Assembly: GCA_963719505.1 (NCBI GenBank)
Contig: CAVRCF010000003.1
Coordinates: forward strand, 256,001 to 320,000
DNA length: 64,000 nt
DNA from: Halobacteriovoraceae bacterium
Lineage (GTDB): Bacteria; Bdellovibrionota; Bacteriovoracia; Bacteriovoracales; Bacteriovoracaceae
Direction of reading: 5' to 3'
Notes under the pieces: generated by a model
What the model saw: only the letters and a program-made list of their open reading frames with translations
The model's database searches: none
Told to the model about the DNA's origin: nothing
Shown: positions 1 to 10,776 of the stretch, in pieces
Layout of the letters: every line of letters starts with the position of its first letter
Position numbering within the stretch: the stretch's first letter is position 1
Translations under genes and position numbers: made by a program

Positions 1-598
1 TTAAGTCCCCAGTATTATCAATAACATAGTCAGACAGTTCTCTTTTTTTATCTATAGGCAATTGTTTATCGAGAACCTTCTGGGCGAGTTCAGGGGTTGT
101 GCCGTCTCTGAGAATGAGTCTTTGGAGCTGAGTTTTTTGATCGCAATAAACGGTGACAGAGGCATCCAGAAGTTTGTTCAACTTCTTTTCAAATAAAAGG
201 GGAACATCATAAATAATAAACGACGGCTTTTTAAGATCCTGAAGTGCCTTGTTAAAAGTATGAGGTAATTCTTTATAAATAAATGCTTCGATCTGACTTT
301 GAATTTCTCGATGAGAGAAAAAAAGAGTTCTTAAAGCCTTGAAATCTATCACTTTATCTTTGACACAACTTGGGGCCATGCTTTCAATAAAAGATATTGT
401 TTCACCCTTTGCGTATATCTGATGGACAAGCTTGTCAGCGTCTATGACAGGAAAGTCCTGGCTAAGTAAAATTTTAGACACACTTGATTTTCCTGTGGCA
501 ATACCACCTGTCAGGCCTATGATGGGTATACTTAACCCATATAGCCTTGCACTAGACGTCTGCGTTATGTATGTTGATTTCAGCTTTAATTCTGTCAT
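1..598 (-). CDS. coaE: Dephospho-CoA kinase (3' end beyond window edge)
   Basis: Manual minus-strand translation from ATG 598: IIGLTGGIATGKSSV P-loop, IDADKLVH, YDVPLLFE, DYVIDN; not in the ORF track because it runs off the edge. Confidence 0.93.
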   Translation of the reverse strand, partial: MTELKLKSTYITQTSSARLYGLSIPIIGLTGGIATGKSSVSKILLSQDFPVIDADKLVHQIYAKGETISFIESMAPSCVKDKVIDFKALRTLFFSHREIQSQIEAFIYKELPHTFNKALQDLKKPSFIIYDVPLLFEKKLNKLLDASVTVYCDQKTQLQRLILRDGTTPELAQKVLDKQLPIDKKRELSDYVIDNTGDL

Positions 599-666
599 GA
601 CTCATTGTAAACTGAGCGCATCACAAACTAAAGTAATAAGTTGAATGAGAATATAGAGGACAGATT

Positions 667-1506
667 ATGAAAGGACATAAATACATTTCAAATCCTGTAG
701 ATGAAAAAGGATATGTGAATTGGTCAGAGACAGAGAATCAAACGTGGACCAATCTTGTTAATCGCCAGAAAGATCTGATAAAAGGTAGAGCTTGTGATCA
801 GTATATGGAAGGTCTTGAAATTCTAAATTTTACAGATAAGGTTCCGCAAATTCCTGAGCTAAATAAAAAGCTAGATGAATGCACCGGTTGGGGAGTCGCC
901 CCAGTACCGGCGCTTATTCAGCCCAAAGAATTCTTTGCCCTTCTTTCAAATAAAAGATTTCCCGCTGCAACTTTTATACGTTTGCCTGAGGAGATGGACT
1001 ATCTTGAAGAGCCTGATATTTTTCACGAAGTTTACGGTCATACTCCACTTTTAACCAATCAAGCTTACGCTGATTTTATGGAAAAATTTGGGGAGTTGGC
1101 ACTTAAAGCTGATCCCAAAGATCGACGAAGACTCTTTCGCCTTTTTTGGTTTACGATTGAGTTTGGGCTTTTAAAGACTGAAGATGGATTCAAAGCTTAT
1201 GGCGGTGGAATTCTCTCATCCATTGGAGAGACTCAATTTGCCGTTTCAGATCAAAACGAAAAAGAAAAATTTGATATTTTAAAAGTACTCAGAACTCCTT
1301 ATCGCATCGATATCATGCAGCCTCTTTATTTTTACCTTGAGGACTTCAATGAGTTGTTTACAATTCTTGATCACGATATCCTTGGAATACTTGAAGAGGC
1401 GAAGCGCCTTGGTGATTTTGAACCCAAGTATCCACCTAAGGTTAAGGTCGTAGAAGAAGATGAAGGTGAGGATGGTTCAATGAGTTCAATGGGAATGGGG
1501 TGTTAA
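667..1506 (+). CDS. phhA: Phenylalanine 4-hydroxylase
   Basis: EPDIFHEVYGHTP and WFTIEFGL motifs, YGGGILSS; adjacent to phhB. Confidence 0.95.
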   Translation: MKGHKYISNPVDEKGYVNWSETENQTWTNLVNRQKDLIKGRACDQYMEGLEILNFTDKVPQIPELNKKLDECTGWGVAPVPALIQPKEFFALLSNKRFPAATFIRLPEEMDYLEEPDIFHEVYGHTPLLTNQAYADFMEKFGELALKADPKDRRRLFRLFWFTIEFGLLKTEDGFKAYGGGILSSIGETQFAVSDQNEKEKFDILKVLRTPYRIDIMQPLYFYLEDFNELFTILDHDILGILEEAKRLGDFEPKYPPKVKVVEEDEGEDGSMSSMGMGC

Positions 1507-1507
1507 G

Positions 1508-1765
1508 ATGAGTAAAGAATTAGATCCAGCATGGGAAAAAATCGATGATAAAAAACTTAAAAGAAAATTTGAGTTTAAAGGCTTTATGAAGACTATGTCT
1601 TTTGTTAACGCTGTTGCATGGGAGGCAAATCGCCAAATGCATCATCCGGATATGGAAGTTACATTTAATACTTGTACGATTAATATCACGACTCATGATG
1701 AGGGAAATACTCTTACCGATAAAGACTATAAGCTTGCTCAAGGGATTGATGCTCTAATGTCTTAA
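1508..1765 (+). CDS. phhB: Pterin-4-alpha-carbinolamine dehydratase
   Basis: HHPD and TTHD motifs, 85 aa, directly after phhA. Confidence 0.93.
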   Translation: MSKELDPAWEKIDDKKLKRKFEFKGFMKTMSFVNAVAWEANRQMHHPDMEVTFNTCTINITTHDEGNTLTDKDYKLAQGIDALMS

Positions 1766-1814
1766 GTCGATCTGGAGCGTCGACACGTTTTCTTGATGAA
1801 AACTTAAACGAATT

Positions 1815-1840
1815 AAAAAAAAGGGAGACCGAAGTCTCCC
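1815..1840 (-). terminator. Intrinsic terminator of the M1 peptidase gene
   Basis: GGGAGAC-TTCG-GTCTCCC stem followed by a T8 tract on the minus strand. Confidence 0.8.
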
Positions 1841-1852
1841 TAAGAAAAAATA

Positions 1853-3202
1853 CTATAATAGTTCTAAGAGTTGCTTTTTAGTAAGCTCTGGGTGATAGGG
1901 GTTGATTGAACTTTCTTTTGTCTGATCAATTTTTCCATCGCCATAAATATACTGATTAAAGTCGCCTTCAAAGTTTAGTCCCGAGAATGTCTCCAATTCC
2001 GATCTAAAAATTTCAGTGTTGATATTCTTATGAGTATATTTTTTATACATCTTACTCAAAAAGGTTTCGAGACCACCTAAGTTTTTTAAGTTGTGATTTA
2101 GGTAGCCCATAAAGTTTGCGCCTTGAGTGTATGCTTTTCTATCAGTTGTTCGTTGATATTGAGAGTGTCCTGCCATATTAGTTGAACTAAAATTTGGCTT
2201 TGAGCGCGACTGGTATCCATCATCTCGCCAACTTGCAATGGCTTCATCCATCCATCCTGAATTTCCATCGATTGGCATAACACCTCTTGCAAAGTAGCTA
2301 TGAGTTATTTCGTGGCCAAGGGCGCTCAGAGAAGTAATTGTTGCACCACTGTGCTCCATGCCTCCCATACCAGCAACGTAAATCACAAGGTTTTCATGCG
2401 ACCAAGCACCAAGCTTTGACTCTAATTCCTTAAGAACACTTTTTGAACCTTTAACAGCTTTAGGAACATTTCCACCGCCCCAAAAAGAGCTTTTACTATA
2501 AACAGTGACAGGAATATCTTTTCCGCTAATAGACTTGTGTGTATATTTTTCTTCTTCAAATCGTCCTTCAGTTGCTGTGTGAAAAAACATTGAAGAGGCC
2601 GTAAAATATTCTGGAAACTCAATTGAGTAGTTATTATTGGAAAGTTGAATCACTTTGCCGTTTGTATAAATCTTCTGCTTTGCGGAAGAGTTTATAAAGC
2701 TTAACTGAATTGTCATTTTATACTGATCAAATTCAATATTACTTGGAACGTATTGCTCGAGATACTTTCTATCGTTCAAGTCACTCATCCAAAATGCTGA
2801 CTGAACTCCACCTTTTTCAAATCTTACGTTTTCCTCGATTTGGTTTTTAACTTCAAGAGTATGAGTACCGGCTTCTAAACTTTTTAAAGCGGCAATATAG
2901 CTAGTCGCTCCATCGGGAGACTGAACTGTTTTACTTTTCACGACTTCACCATCAATTTTAATTTCTGATGCCTTAGGTACCAGATCAAATAGAGGGACGC
3001 CTGCTTCACTTTGTTTAAAGATAATTTTAGAAAAAGCTGAAACTTTTTCATTCTTAACATCATACTTAAGAGAGTAGTCAGCTGTTTGAAAGTCAACGAA
3101 AGTAAACTGATCCGAGCTAGATGTTTGTGGAAAGTTGGTTGGTGCTTTTGTCGCGAATGCGCTAGCACTTATGATGACTAGCAGAGTCATTAAGTTTTTC
3201 AT
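1853..3202 (-). CDS. Secreted M1-family (gluzincin) metalloaminopeptidase
   Basis: Signal peptide; GGMEH exopeptidase motif, HEITH followed by WMDEA third ligand; KAYTQG. Confidence 0.85.
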   Translation of the reverse strand: MKNLMTLLVIISASAFATKAPTNFPQTSSSDQFTFVDFQTADYSLKYDVKNEKVSAFSKIIFKQSEAGVPLFDLVPKASEIKIDGEVVKSKTVQSPDGATSYIAALKSLEAGTHTLEVKNQIEENVRFEKGGVQSAFWMSDLNDRKYLEQYVPSNIEFDQYKMTIQLSFINSSAKQKIYTNGKVIQLSNNNYSIEFPEYFTASSMFFHTATEGRFEEEKYTHKSISGKDIPVTVYSKSSFWGGGNVPKAVKGSKSVLKELESKLGAWSHENLVIYVAGMGGMEHSGATITSLSALGHEITHSYFARGVMPIDGNSGWMDEAIASWRDDGYQSRSKPNFSSTNMAGHSQYQRTTDRKAYTQGANFMGYLNHNLKNLGGLETFLSKMYKKYTHKNINTEIFRSELETFSGLNFEGDFNQYIYGDGKIDQTKESSINPYHPELTKKQLLELL

Positions 3203-3319
3203 TTTCTTCTCCTTGAAAATTAATTTGTATTTATCCTAGATTTTCTAAAACTGACTGTAAATTCATTGTTAGTAATCGTTAGAAACTATATACTGAATCC
3301 AGTAGTTTAGGAGCTTATT

Positions 3320-4729
3320 ATGAGAAAAGTAGATGTTGCTATTATCGGAGCCGGAAGTGCTGGTTTGTCCGCTAGGCGGGAAGTGGCCAAAAAGACTGAT
3401 AATTGGGTTGTTATTGACGATGGAATCTTAGGAACAACATGCGCCAGAGTTGGATGCATGCCCTCTAAAGTTTTAATTCAATCGGCAAATGATTTTGATA
3501 GAAGAAAGATGTTTGAGGTTCAAGGTATAAATGGCGCAGAAAAACTGAGTGTGGATATCGATAAAACGATGGTTCATGTCAGGGCCCTAAGGGATCGCTT
3601 TGTCAGAGGAGTCTCTTCTGGAATGGCCTCTTGGATGAATGAAAAAACTCTTATCAGAAAACGGGCCGTCTTTATTGACAAAAATACCCTCGATCTGGGC
3701 GACGAAAAAATATGGGCAAAGGAAATTATCATTGCCACCGGCTCCACTCCAATGATTCCAGGGATGCTTGTAGATCACAAAGACTATTTGATCACAACGG
3801 ATGTTTTATTTGAGCAAGAAAATATTCCAAAAAATATAGCTGTGGTAGGTCTTGGAGTTATAGGAATTGAAATAGGTCAAGCCTTGAGTAAACTGGGAGT
3901 GAATGTCCTTGGAATCGCTCGAAGAGAAATGATTGCAGGTGTTAATGATCCCGAAATTTTAGACTATGTTGTAAAAAAATTCTCAGAAAAAATGAACCTC
4001 TCTTTTACAGGCCTAACCTCGGTTGAGGAAAAAGAGGGGAAGCTTCATATAAAAACAAAAGACAAAGAAATCTTGGCCGATAAAGTTTTAGTCACGACGG
4101 GAAGAAAACCAAACTTAGAAAATTTAAATCTTCAGTGCTTGGGAATTGAATTGGGCAAACACTGTGTACCAAAATTTTCTAAATCAACTTTTCAGATTGA
4201 AGGACTCCCTAATATTTATCTTCCTGGTGATGTGAATGGCTACAAGCCCATACTGCACGAAGCTAGCGATGAAGGAAGAATTGCGGGATACAATGCCGTA
4301 AGAGAGAAGAAAACTCACTTTCAGACTCGAACTCCAATTGAAATTACCTTTTGTGATCCCAATATTGCGACAACGGGTTTAAGTGTTTCTGAAATGAAAG
4401 AACAAGGAATTGATTTTCAAGAAGGAAAGGTCTCTTTTGAAGGGCAAGGGCGATCGATAGTTAAGCTTAAAGAAATTGGTATGCTTAAGGTCTATGGAGA
4501 AACAAAAACAGGAAAAATTCTTGGCGCAGAAATGTTTGGGCCAGACACTGAACATATAGCTCACCTAATGGCTTGGGCGATAGGAATGAATCTTACTGTT
4601 AATAAAGTGCTCTCTTTTCCTTTTTATCATCCAGTGATTGAAGAGGGGCTGCGAACGGCTCTCAGAGATCTGAGAGATAAAGTCGAAGAGAAGCAACCGG
4701 ACTTAGAAATATTTGAAAAAGAGGATTAG
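3320..4729 (+). CDS. Dihydrolipoamide dehydrogenase-family flavoprotein disulfide reductase
   Basis: GAGSAG FAD motif, TCARVGCMPSK redox disulfide, C-terminal HPVIEE. Confidence 0.9.
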   Translation: MRKVDVAIIGAGSAGLSARREVAKKTDNWVVIDDGILGTTCARVGCMPSKVLIQSANDFDRRKMFEVQGINGAEKLSVDIDKTMVHVRALRDRFVRGVSSGMASWMNEKTLIRKRAVFIDKNTLDLGDEKIWAKEIIIATGSTPMIPGMLVDHKDYLITTDVLFEQENIPKNIAVVGLGVIGIEIGQALSKLGVNVLGIARREMIAGVNDPEILDYVVKKFSEKMNLSFTGLTSVEEKEGKLHIKTKDKEILADKVLVTTGRKPNLENLNLQCLGIELGKHCVPKFSKSTFQIEGLPNIYLPGDVNGYKPILHEASDEGRIAGYNAVREKKTHFQTRTPIEITFCDPNIATTGLSVSEMKEQGIDFQEGKVSFEGQGRSIVKLKEIGMLKVYGETKTGKILGAEMFGPDTEHIAHLMAWAIGMNLTVNKVLSFPFYHPVIEEGLRTALRDLRDKVEEKQPDLEIFEKED

Positions 4730-5734
4730 ATGAATATTGCACTCGTAGGTTTTGGCCTTGCAGGAAGAGTTTTTCATGCGCCACTTATTGAGGCTGTTAA
4801 AGAATTAAGGCTTCATACAATTATATCGTCTCAAAAAGAAAAAATATTAGACCTCTATCCAAAGGTCGAAGTCGAATCTGATTTTGAAGCAGCCCTAGGA
4901 GAAGATATCGATACAGTTGTTATTGCAACTCCCAATGAATTTCACTTTGAACAAGCTAAGGCTGCTTTAAACGCTGGGAAAAACGTGATCGTCGACAAAC
5001 CCATGGCTCAAAGTTCTGCTGAGATAGAGGAGTTGATACAGCTTTCAGAAAAAAATGGAAAGCTCTTAACCGTCTTTCACAATAGAAGGTACGACGGAGA
5101 TTTATTAACAGTAAAAAAGATAATAAAAGAAAAAAAGATTGGCGCTATTAGAATGTTTGAATCCAATTTTAATAGGTTTAGACCACAAGTTGATAAAGCA
5201 AATTGGAGAGAGACAACTCATTACGCAGGTGGCATTTTTTTTGATTTAGGACCTCATCTTATTGACCAAGCCTTTTATCTTTTCGGGTCACCCAAAAGAG
5301 TCTTCTGCGATATAAAAAAACAAAGATCAGAAGCCAAAAATGATGACTATTTTCATATTATTTTTGACTATGAAAATATAACTGTTCATTTAAATGCCAG
5401 TGCATTGACTAAAGATGTGCGTGAGCGATTTGTTGTGCAAGGGGAACTTGGATCCTTTTCTAAATTTGGAATGGATGTGCAAGAGGCACAGCTAAAAGCC
5501 GAAATGACCCCTTTAAATGAAGACTATGGAGTCGACAACGAAAAGACTTATGGCAAACTTAGAATTGAAGATAATATTTTAAAGATCACGACAGAAAAAG
5601 GCTGCTATCAAAACTTCTACAAAGAAGTCTCTAGCGGACAGGCTCCAGTGCTTGGCAAGGAAGCGTTGAAGGTTTCTATTCTTTTGGAAAAGTGTATGGA
5701 AAGTAAGAAATTAGAAAAATGGATAAACTTATGA
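4730..5734 (+). CDS. Gfo/Idh/MocA oxidoreductase
   Basis: GFGLAG, VDKP, HNRRYD, DLGPHLID motifs. Confidence 0.9.
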   Translation: MNIALVGFGLAGRVFHAPLIEAVKELRLHTIISSQKEKILDLYPKVEVESDFEAALGEDIDTVVIATPNEFHFEQAKAALNAGKNVIVDKPMAQSSAEIEELIQLSEKNGKLLTVFHNRRYDGDLLTVKKIIKEKKIGAIRMFESNFNRFRPQVDKANWRETTHYAGGIFFDLGPHLIDQAFYLFGSPKRVFCDIKKQRSEAKNDDYFHIIFDYENITVHLNASALTKDVRERFVVQGELGSFSKFGMDVQEAQLKAEMTPLNEDYGVDNEKTYGKLRIEDNILKITTEKGCYQNFYKEVSSGQAPVLGKEALKVSILLEKCMESKKLEKWINL

Positions 5735-6159
5735 GTATTTGGTTTAAAGAACAAGATTTAGAAAAGATAAACCAACAGTGTGTAGACACCATGGTTGACT
5801 ATCTCGATATCAAAGTCACAAACATAACTGAAGATGAACTTCATGCCGTTATGCCAGTGTCTAATAAAGTTAAACAACCTTTTGGGATTGTCCACGGAGG
5901 AGCAAACTGTGTTCTTGCGGAAACACTTGGAAGTCTCGCGGCAAATTTCACACTTGATTACGAGAAGTTTCACGCCGTTGGTCTGTCCATTACGACCTCT
6001 CATATAAAAGCGGTGAGAAATGGGTCTGTCACTGGAGTGGCCAAGCCAGAACATATTGGAAAAAGTACACAGGTTTGGAGAATTGAAACTTATAATGATA
6101 GTAAGCAACTTACTTCACTCACAACTCTCACAATGGCCGTGATTAATCGTTTAAAGTAA
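5731..6159 (+). CDS. Hotdog-fold thioesterase (YdiI/MenI-like)
   Basis: QPFGIVHGGANCVLAET motif; MSIWF start overlaps the upstream stop. Confidence 0.88.
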   Translation: MSIWFKEQDLEKINQQCVDTMVDYLDIKVTNITEDELHAVMPVSNKVKQPFGIVHGGANCVLAETLGSLAANFTLDYEKFHAVGLSITTSHIKAVRNGSVTGVAKPEHIGKSTQVWRIETYNDSKQLTSLTTLTMAVINRLK

Positions 6160-6989
6160 AGGTTGCTATGACCGCTCTATGGTCTGATGGAAAACGTTGT
6201 TCTTTGCCAAATCTCTTTACATCAATCTGCCAAGATTTTGCTGAAAAGAATGAGTTTTTAGAATAGAGGATGTGGTCGACTCTGCAATTAGGAAAACGAT
6301 CTCCCTTTCTCAAATAACAAAGGTCACTTGAGTCAGAACTTGCTATATCTCTATTTTTTTCGATAAAAGAATTAACAAGCCTATCTTTTATCAAGGCTTT
6401 ATATCCTCGAAAGTCTACAGTTGCATTGGTATCACCAGCAAAAATAACGGGTAATTTCTTTTCATCTATAAGGGTATTAACGGCTTTGGAGCTTCCCATC
6501 ATATTCTCAACTCTATTATCAAAATGGCTTCCAATAAAGAGAAAGGCCTTATTAGTTCTTCTCTCTTTAATTATTGAATAAACGAGAATTCTAGGCAGAG
6601 CACTTTTCCAACCAAAACCAAAAGCTTTGCCCGTGGGGTTAAGCCACCTGTGGCCAACTTCCATGACTTTAAATTTTTGTGTATTGACGGCTATCGTTGC
6701 GTCAGCATAGCTAAGAAAAGGATTTTCATAAAAATAAATCGAATAAGTAGGAAGGTTTTCAAATATCTTTCTTGCCTGGCTTCCTGTTCTAATCTCTTGC
6801 AGGCTGATGAGATCGGCTTTGTGAGTAGAGACGACTTTCTTTATTTGCTCAATTCTCAAAGGGTATGGATCATTTGAATTTTTTGTACAAAAATCACAGA
6901 GAGTGTTAAATGTCATAACACTAAACTCTGTAGCAAAAGAGCTCAAACTGAGAAGAAAAATAAATAATGCTATAGAGGTTTTCACCATA
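6143..6989 (-). CDS. Secreted endonuclease/exonuclease/phosphatase (EEP) family protein
   Basis: Signal peptide; MTFN, LQE, GDTN, VDHI, SDH motifs; start approximate. Confidence 0.85.
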
Positions 6990-7058
6990 AAATTATATGA
7001 TACTGGTAGCAATCGACCAAGGTGAAATTAATGCCATACAAAATAAGTAGTAGATTAA

Positions 7059-8201
7059 ATGAATAAGGTAATACTCGTGTTTCTCGCTTTTACAACCCTC
7101 TGCCTTGCTCAGTGGACTCCTAAGGCGAGAGAAATCATTGAAAGTGAAGCTAAGAAATATAATAGTTTTAATGATCCAGGCTTTATTTCCTATTGGGGTG
7201 GCATTCGAAGAAGATTCTCTGAAAGGGGAACCACTGGGGAAATAACAGAGCTCAACCTTCCAGGCTTAACCGAATCAGCATTAAAAGTTTATTATAGAGA
7301 AAATAAACAAAGTGCAAAACTCCATGTCTTTTTTCCTGGTGTCTTTGGCTCATTGGATTCAGAAATCACAAAGAGAATGACAAATATTTTAGAAAGCCTT
7401 GGAGGCAATGTTTTAGTCATTCCAAACTTTTTAGCTGTTGACTACATTCAGTCAAAACCAATTTACGGGGAACGTTCCCTCATCACTGACATTCTCATCC
7501 CTTTAAAAATTATAGATAAATACAATAAGAATATGAATGAGATACATCTCTATGCAGAAAGCCTTGGAAGTTATATTGGTGCGAGCGCCCTTGCTAGACT
7601 TTCAAATAGGGCACAAATGAAAACTAAAAAGCTCTCCTTGACGCTTCTTTGGCCACCAATGGAAATCAAAGACGCTCTCGTGAATTTTGATGAGAATATA
7701 AAACAAGCAAAGCCTATTTATGAGAGTTGCAGCTTTATCGTGAACGCGGCTAAAACAGTTTATTATTTTGTGAAAGACTTTTATCCGAAAGACTTAGGTA
7801 AAGATTATATTAAGTGTATGGGGTCAATGCTTTATCATGCGGCATTTGTTAAATCGATAAAGAAATCCTATGAGGAGACATCACGCTTTGATGACAATAT
7901 TGAAATAGAAAACTTCAATGACTATATCAAGCAGACGAGACCAGGTATTTACAGGCTTTTAAAGAACAGCGAAAAAGATGCGACTCTTAAATATTGGCTT
8001 AATAAAAGAAATTTAAAAAATACAAAAGTTGAAATTATCTCAAGTGAGGATGACTTTCTTAATAAAAATAAAAGCTGGTCAACGTTCTTAAATGATGTTG
8101 GTCTGAAAAGCGATAGCTTAATTCTCATGAAGTGGGGAGGGCATTCAGGACCCCTTGGAATGCCAATTTGGGCTGAAGCCTTTAAGGCAAATCTTTTGTG
8201 A
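7059..8201 (+). CDS. Secreted alpha/beta-hydrolase-fold protein
   Basis: Signal peptide; FPGVFG, AESLG nucleophile elbow, DD, GGHSG. Confidence 0.6.
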   Translation: MNKVILVFLAFTTLCLAQWTPKAREIIESEAKKYNSFNDPGFISYWGGIRRRFSERGTTGEITELNLPGLTESALKVYYRENKQSAKLHVFFPGVFGSLDSEITKRMTNILESLGGNVLVIPNFLAVDYIQSKPIYGERSLITDILIPLKIIDKYNKNMNEIHLYAESLGSYIGASALARLSNRAQMKTKKLSLTLLWPPMEIKDALVNFDENIKQAKPIYESCSFIVNAAKTVYYFVKDFYPKDLGKDYIKCMGSMLYHAAFVKSIKKSYEETSRFDDNIEIENFNDYIKQTRPGIYRLLKNSEKDATLKYWLNKRNLKNTKVEIISSEDDFLNKNKSWSTFLNDVGLKSDSLILMKWGGHSGPLGMPIWAEAFKANLL

Positions 8202-9058
8202 AGTTTAAACGAATTTATATCGAAATTTCTAATATTTGTAATATCCAGTGCTCGTTCTGTCCAGTCGTTGAAAGAGATAATAAAATAATGAGTGTTGATG
8301 AGTTTAAAAATGCTCTATCTCAAGTTCAGCCCTTTACTGAAGAAATCTGCCTGCATCTCATGGGGGAGCCTTTGGCCCATCCTAAAATAAAAGAAATTCT
8401 TAAAATCTGTGATGATTCAGAAATAAAAGTAATGATCACAACAAATGGAATCTTGCTTAAGCGCTATAAAGATATTCTGTTAGATTCAAAATCGGTGAGA
8501 CAAATTAATTTTTCACTTCAAAGCTATAAAGATAATTTCCCTGATAAGGATCTTCATTCATATTTTTCTCCCATTCTTGACTTTACAACAGGAGTTCAAG
8601 AAAAGAGACCCGATATGTATATCAATTTTAGGCTTTGGAATTATGATGTCGATAATGGGGAAAATGAAGAGATATTTCAAGCCTGTGAAAAGTTTTATGA
8701 CATTGAGATTAAAAGAAAAGTTGAATTAGGAAATATAAAATCAAAGAAAATATGGAACAAAGTTTATTTGCATTTTGATTCTCGTTTTGAATGGCCAGAT
8801 ATGGATCTTCCAAACTTAGGTGAAACAGGACGATGTCACGGTATGATCAATCATATGGCCATCCAGGCAAATGGAGATGTTGTTCCCTGTTGTTTAGATA
8901 AAGAGTCAGTCATTAATCTTGGAAACATATTCAACTCGTCATTTGAAGAAATACTTCATTCAAAAAGAGCAACTCTTATGCGAGAGGGCTTTCAAAATAA
9001 TAAGTTGGTGGAGGAACTATGCCAAAAATGTTCTTTTATCAGAAGGTTTAAAGTTTAG
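8198..9058 (+). CDS. Radical SAM protein with SPASM/Twitch domain
   Basis: CNIQCSFC, MGEP, TTNG; C-terminal C...VPCC...CQKC. Confidence 0.9.
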   Translation: MKFKRIYIEISNICNIQCSFCPVVERDNKIMSVDEFKNALSQVQPFTEEICLHLMGEPLAHPKIKEILKICDDSEIKVMITTNGILLKRYKDILLDSKSVRQINFSLQSYKDNFPDKDLHSYFSPILDFTTGVQEKRPDMYINFRLWNYDVDNGENEEIFQACEKFYDIEIKRKVELGNIKSKKIWNKVYLHFDSRFEWPDMDLPNLGETGRCHGMINHMAIQANGDVVPCCLDKESVINLGNIFNSSFEEILHSKRATLMREGFQNNKLVEELCQKCSFIRRFKV

Positions 9059-10653
9059 TTCTTTAGTTTTTCTGCAAGATAGTCGTCGTAATTTGTAAAT
9101 TTATCTTCGATGAGCTTACCATCTGCGCCTATATCAATGATTCGATCGGCTACAGTTTGAATAAACTCATGGTCATGACTGGCAAACATTAAAGTACCTT
9201 TATAACGAATAAGTCCTTCGTTGACGGCAGTAATACTTTCTAGATCTAAGTGAGAAGTTGGTCCATCAAGGGTGACAACATTTGGCCTTTCAAGCATTAT
9301 TTTTGAAAGCATACATCTTACTTTCTCTCCACCAGAGAGAACATTCGTTTTCTTTTTAGCTTCTTCACCAGAGAAGAGCATTTTTCCAAGGAAACCTCTA
9401 ACAAAGTTATCGCTTTGATCATAAGAGTATTGTCTCAGCCAATCAATGATTGAATATTTCCCATCCATAAAGAAGTCTGCGTTATCTGCTGGAAAGTAAG
9501 AATTATTTATTGTTACTCCCCATTTTACTTCCCCTGAATCGGCTTGAAGATTTCCATGCAGGATTTCAAAAAGAGTTGAAACGGCGAGATCATTATCAGA
9601 AAGGAAGGCTACTTTATCATTCTTATTGAGAGTAAATGAAATATTGTCGAGAACTTTAACTCCATCAATAGACTTCGTTAAGCCATCTACTTTTAAGATG
9701 TCTTTTCCGGCTTCTCTTTCTTGCTCAAAGTTTACAAATGGATACTTTCTAGAAGACTGTGGAAGATCATCAATTTCAAGTCTCTCCAATTGCTGTTTTC
9801 TTGAGGTCGCCTGTTTTGACTTTGATGCATTGGCCGAGAAGCGCTGGATAAAATCTTTTAGCTGTTTTGCTTTATCTTCATTTTTCTTCTTCATATCTGA
9901 ACGCAGCTGTTGAGCCAGTTCACTTGATTTTCTCCAGAAGTCATAGTTCCCAGAATAGGTGTTTATTTTTCCAAAATCTAGATCTGTGATATGAGTACAA
10001 ACTTTATTTAAAAAATGTCTATCGTGAGAGACAACAATAACTGTATTTTCGAAATTGTAGAGAAATTCTTCAAGCCACTGGATTGCCGCAATATCAAGAT
10101 GGTTGGTAGGCTCATCCAAAAGAAGAACGTCTGGCTTTCCAAAGAGAGCTTGTCCCAGGAGTACCTTAACCTTTTGGGAACCGGTTAGGTCTGACATCTT
10201 TTTATCGTGAAACTCATTAGGAATTCCCAGACCACTAAGCATTATTCCAGCGTCAGACTCTGCTTCCCATCCGTTCATCTCTGCGAAGTCAGCTTCTAGT
10301 TGAGCAGACTTTATTCCATCTTCTTCTGTGAAATCTTCTTTTGCATAGAGAGCATCTTTCTCTTTCATGATCGCAGATAGGTGGGCATTGCCCATAACGA
10401 CTGTCTCAATAGCTGTGTGGTCATCGAAGGCGAAGTGATCTTGTTTTAGGACAGAGAGTCTCTCTCCTGGGGTGAGTTCTACATTGCCAGAATTTGGCTC
10501 TAGCTCTCCAGAGAGAATCTTCACGAAGGTTGATTTCCCCGCTCCATTTGCGCCAATAAGCCCATAGCAGTTTCCAGGAGAGAAACGAATATTAACGTCG
10601 TCGAAAAGTTTTCTTCCACCAAAGCTTAGGCTGATATTATTTGCGCTGATCAT
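9055..10653 (-). CDS. ABC-F family ATPase (YbiT/YkpA-like)
   Basis: Two ABC cassettes (GANGAGKST, LLDEPTNHLD; LSGGEK), no transmembrane segments. Confidence 0.92.
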   Translation of the reverse strand: MISANNISLSFGGRKLFDDVNIRFSPGNCYGLIGANGAGKSTFVKILSGELEPNSGNVELTPGERLSVLKQDHFAFDDHTAIETVVMGNAHLSAIMKEKDALYAKEDFTEEDGIKSAQLEADFAEMNGWEAESDAGIMLSGLGIPNEFHDKKMSDLTGSQKVKVLLGQALFGKPDVLLLDEPTNHLDIAAIQWLEEFLYNFENTVIVVSHDRHFLNKVCTHITDLDFGKINTYSGNYDFWRKSSELAQQLRSDMKKKNEDKAKQLKDFIQRFSANASKSKQATSRKQQLERLEIDDLPQSSRKYPFVNFEQEREAGKDILKVDGLTKSIDGVKVLDNISFTLNKNDKVAFLSDNDLAVSTLFEILHGNLQADSGEVKWGVTINNSYFPADNADFFMDGKYSIIDWLRQYSYDQSDNFVRGFLGKMLFSGEEAKKKTNVLSGGEKVRCMLSKIMLERPNVVTLDGPTSHLDLESITAVNEGLIRYKGTLMFASHDHEFIQTVADRIIDIGADGKLIEDKFTNYDDYLAEKLKN

Positions 10654-10776
10654 AGAGCTGTCCTTGAATTTAAATTTAGGTGCAATCTATAGAATTTTTA
10701 ATGATTTGTAAAAGGATTACGCCCAGTAAACCTTCATATTTACAGAGGCGGGTGGTATGAGTATAAATTTAAAAAG

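Noticed and set aside
432-644. 70-aa plus-strand ORF
   Set aside because: Antisense shadow of coaE
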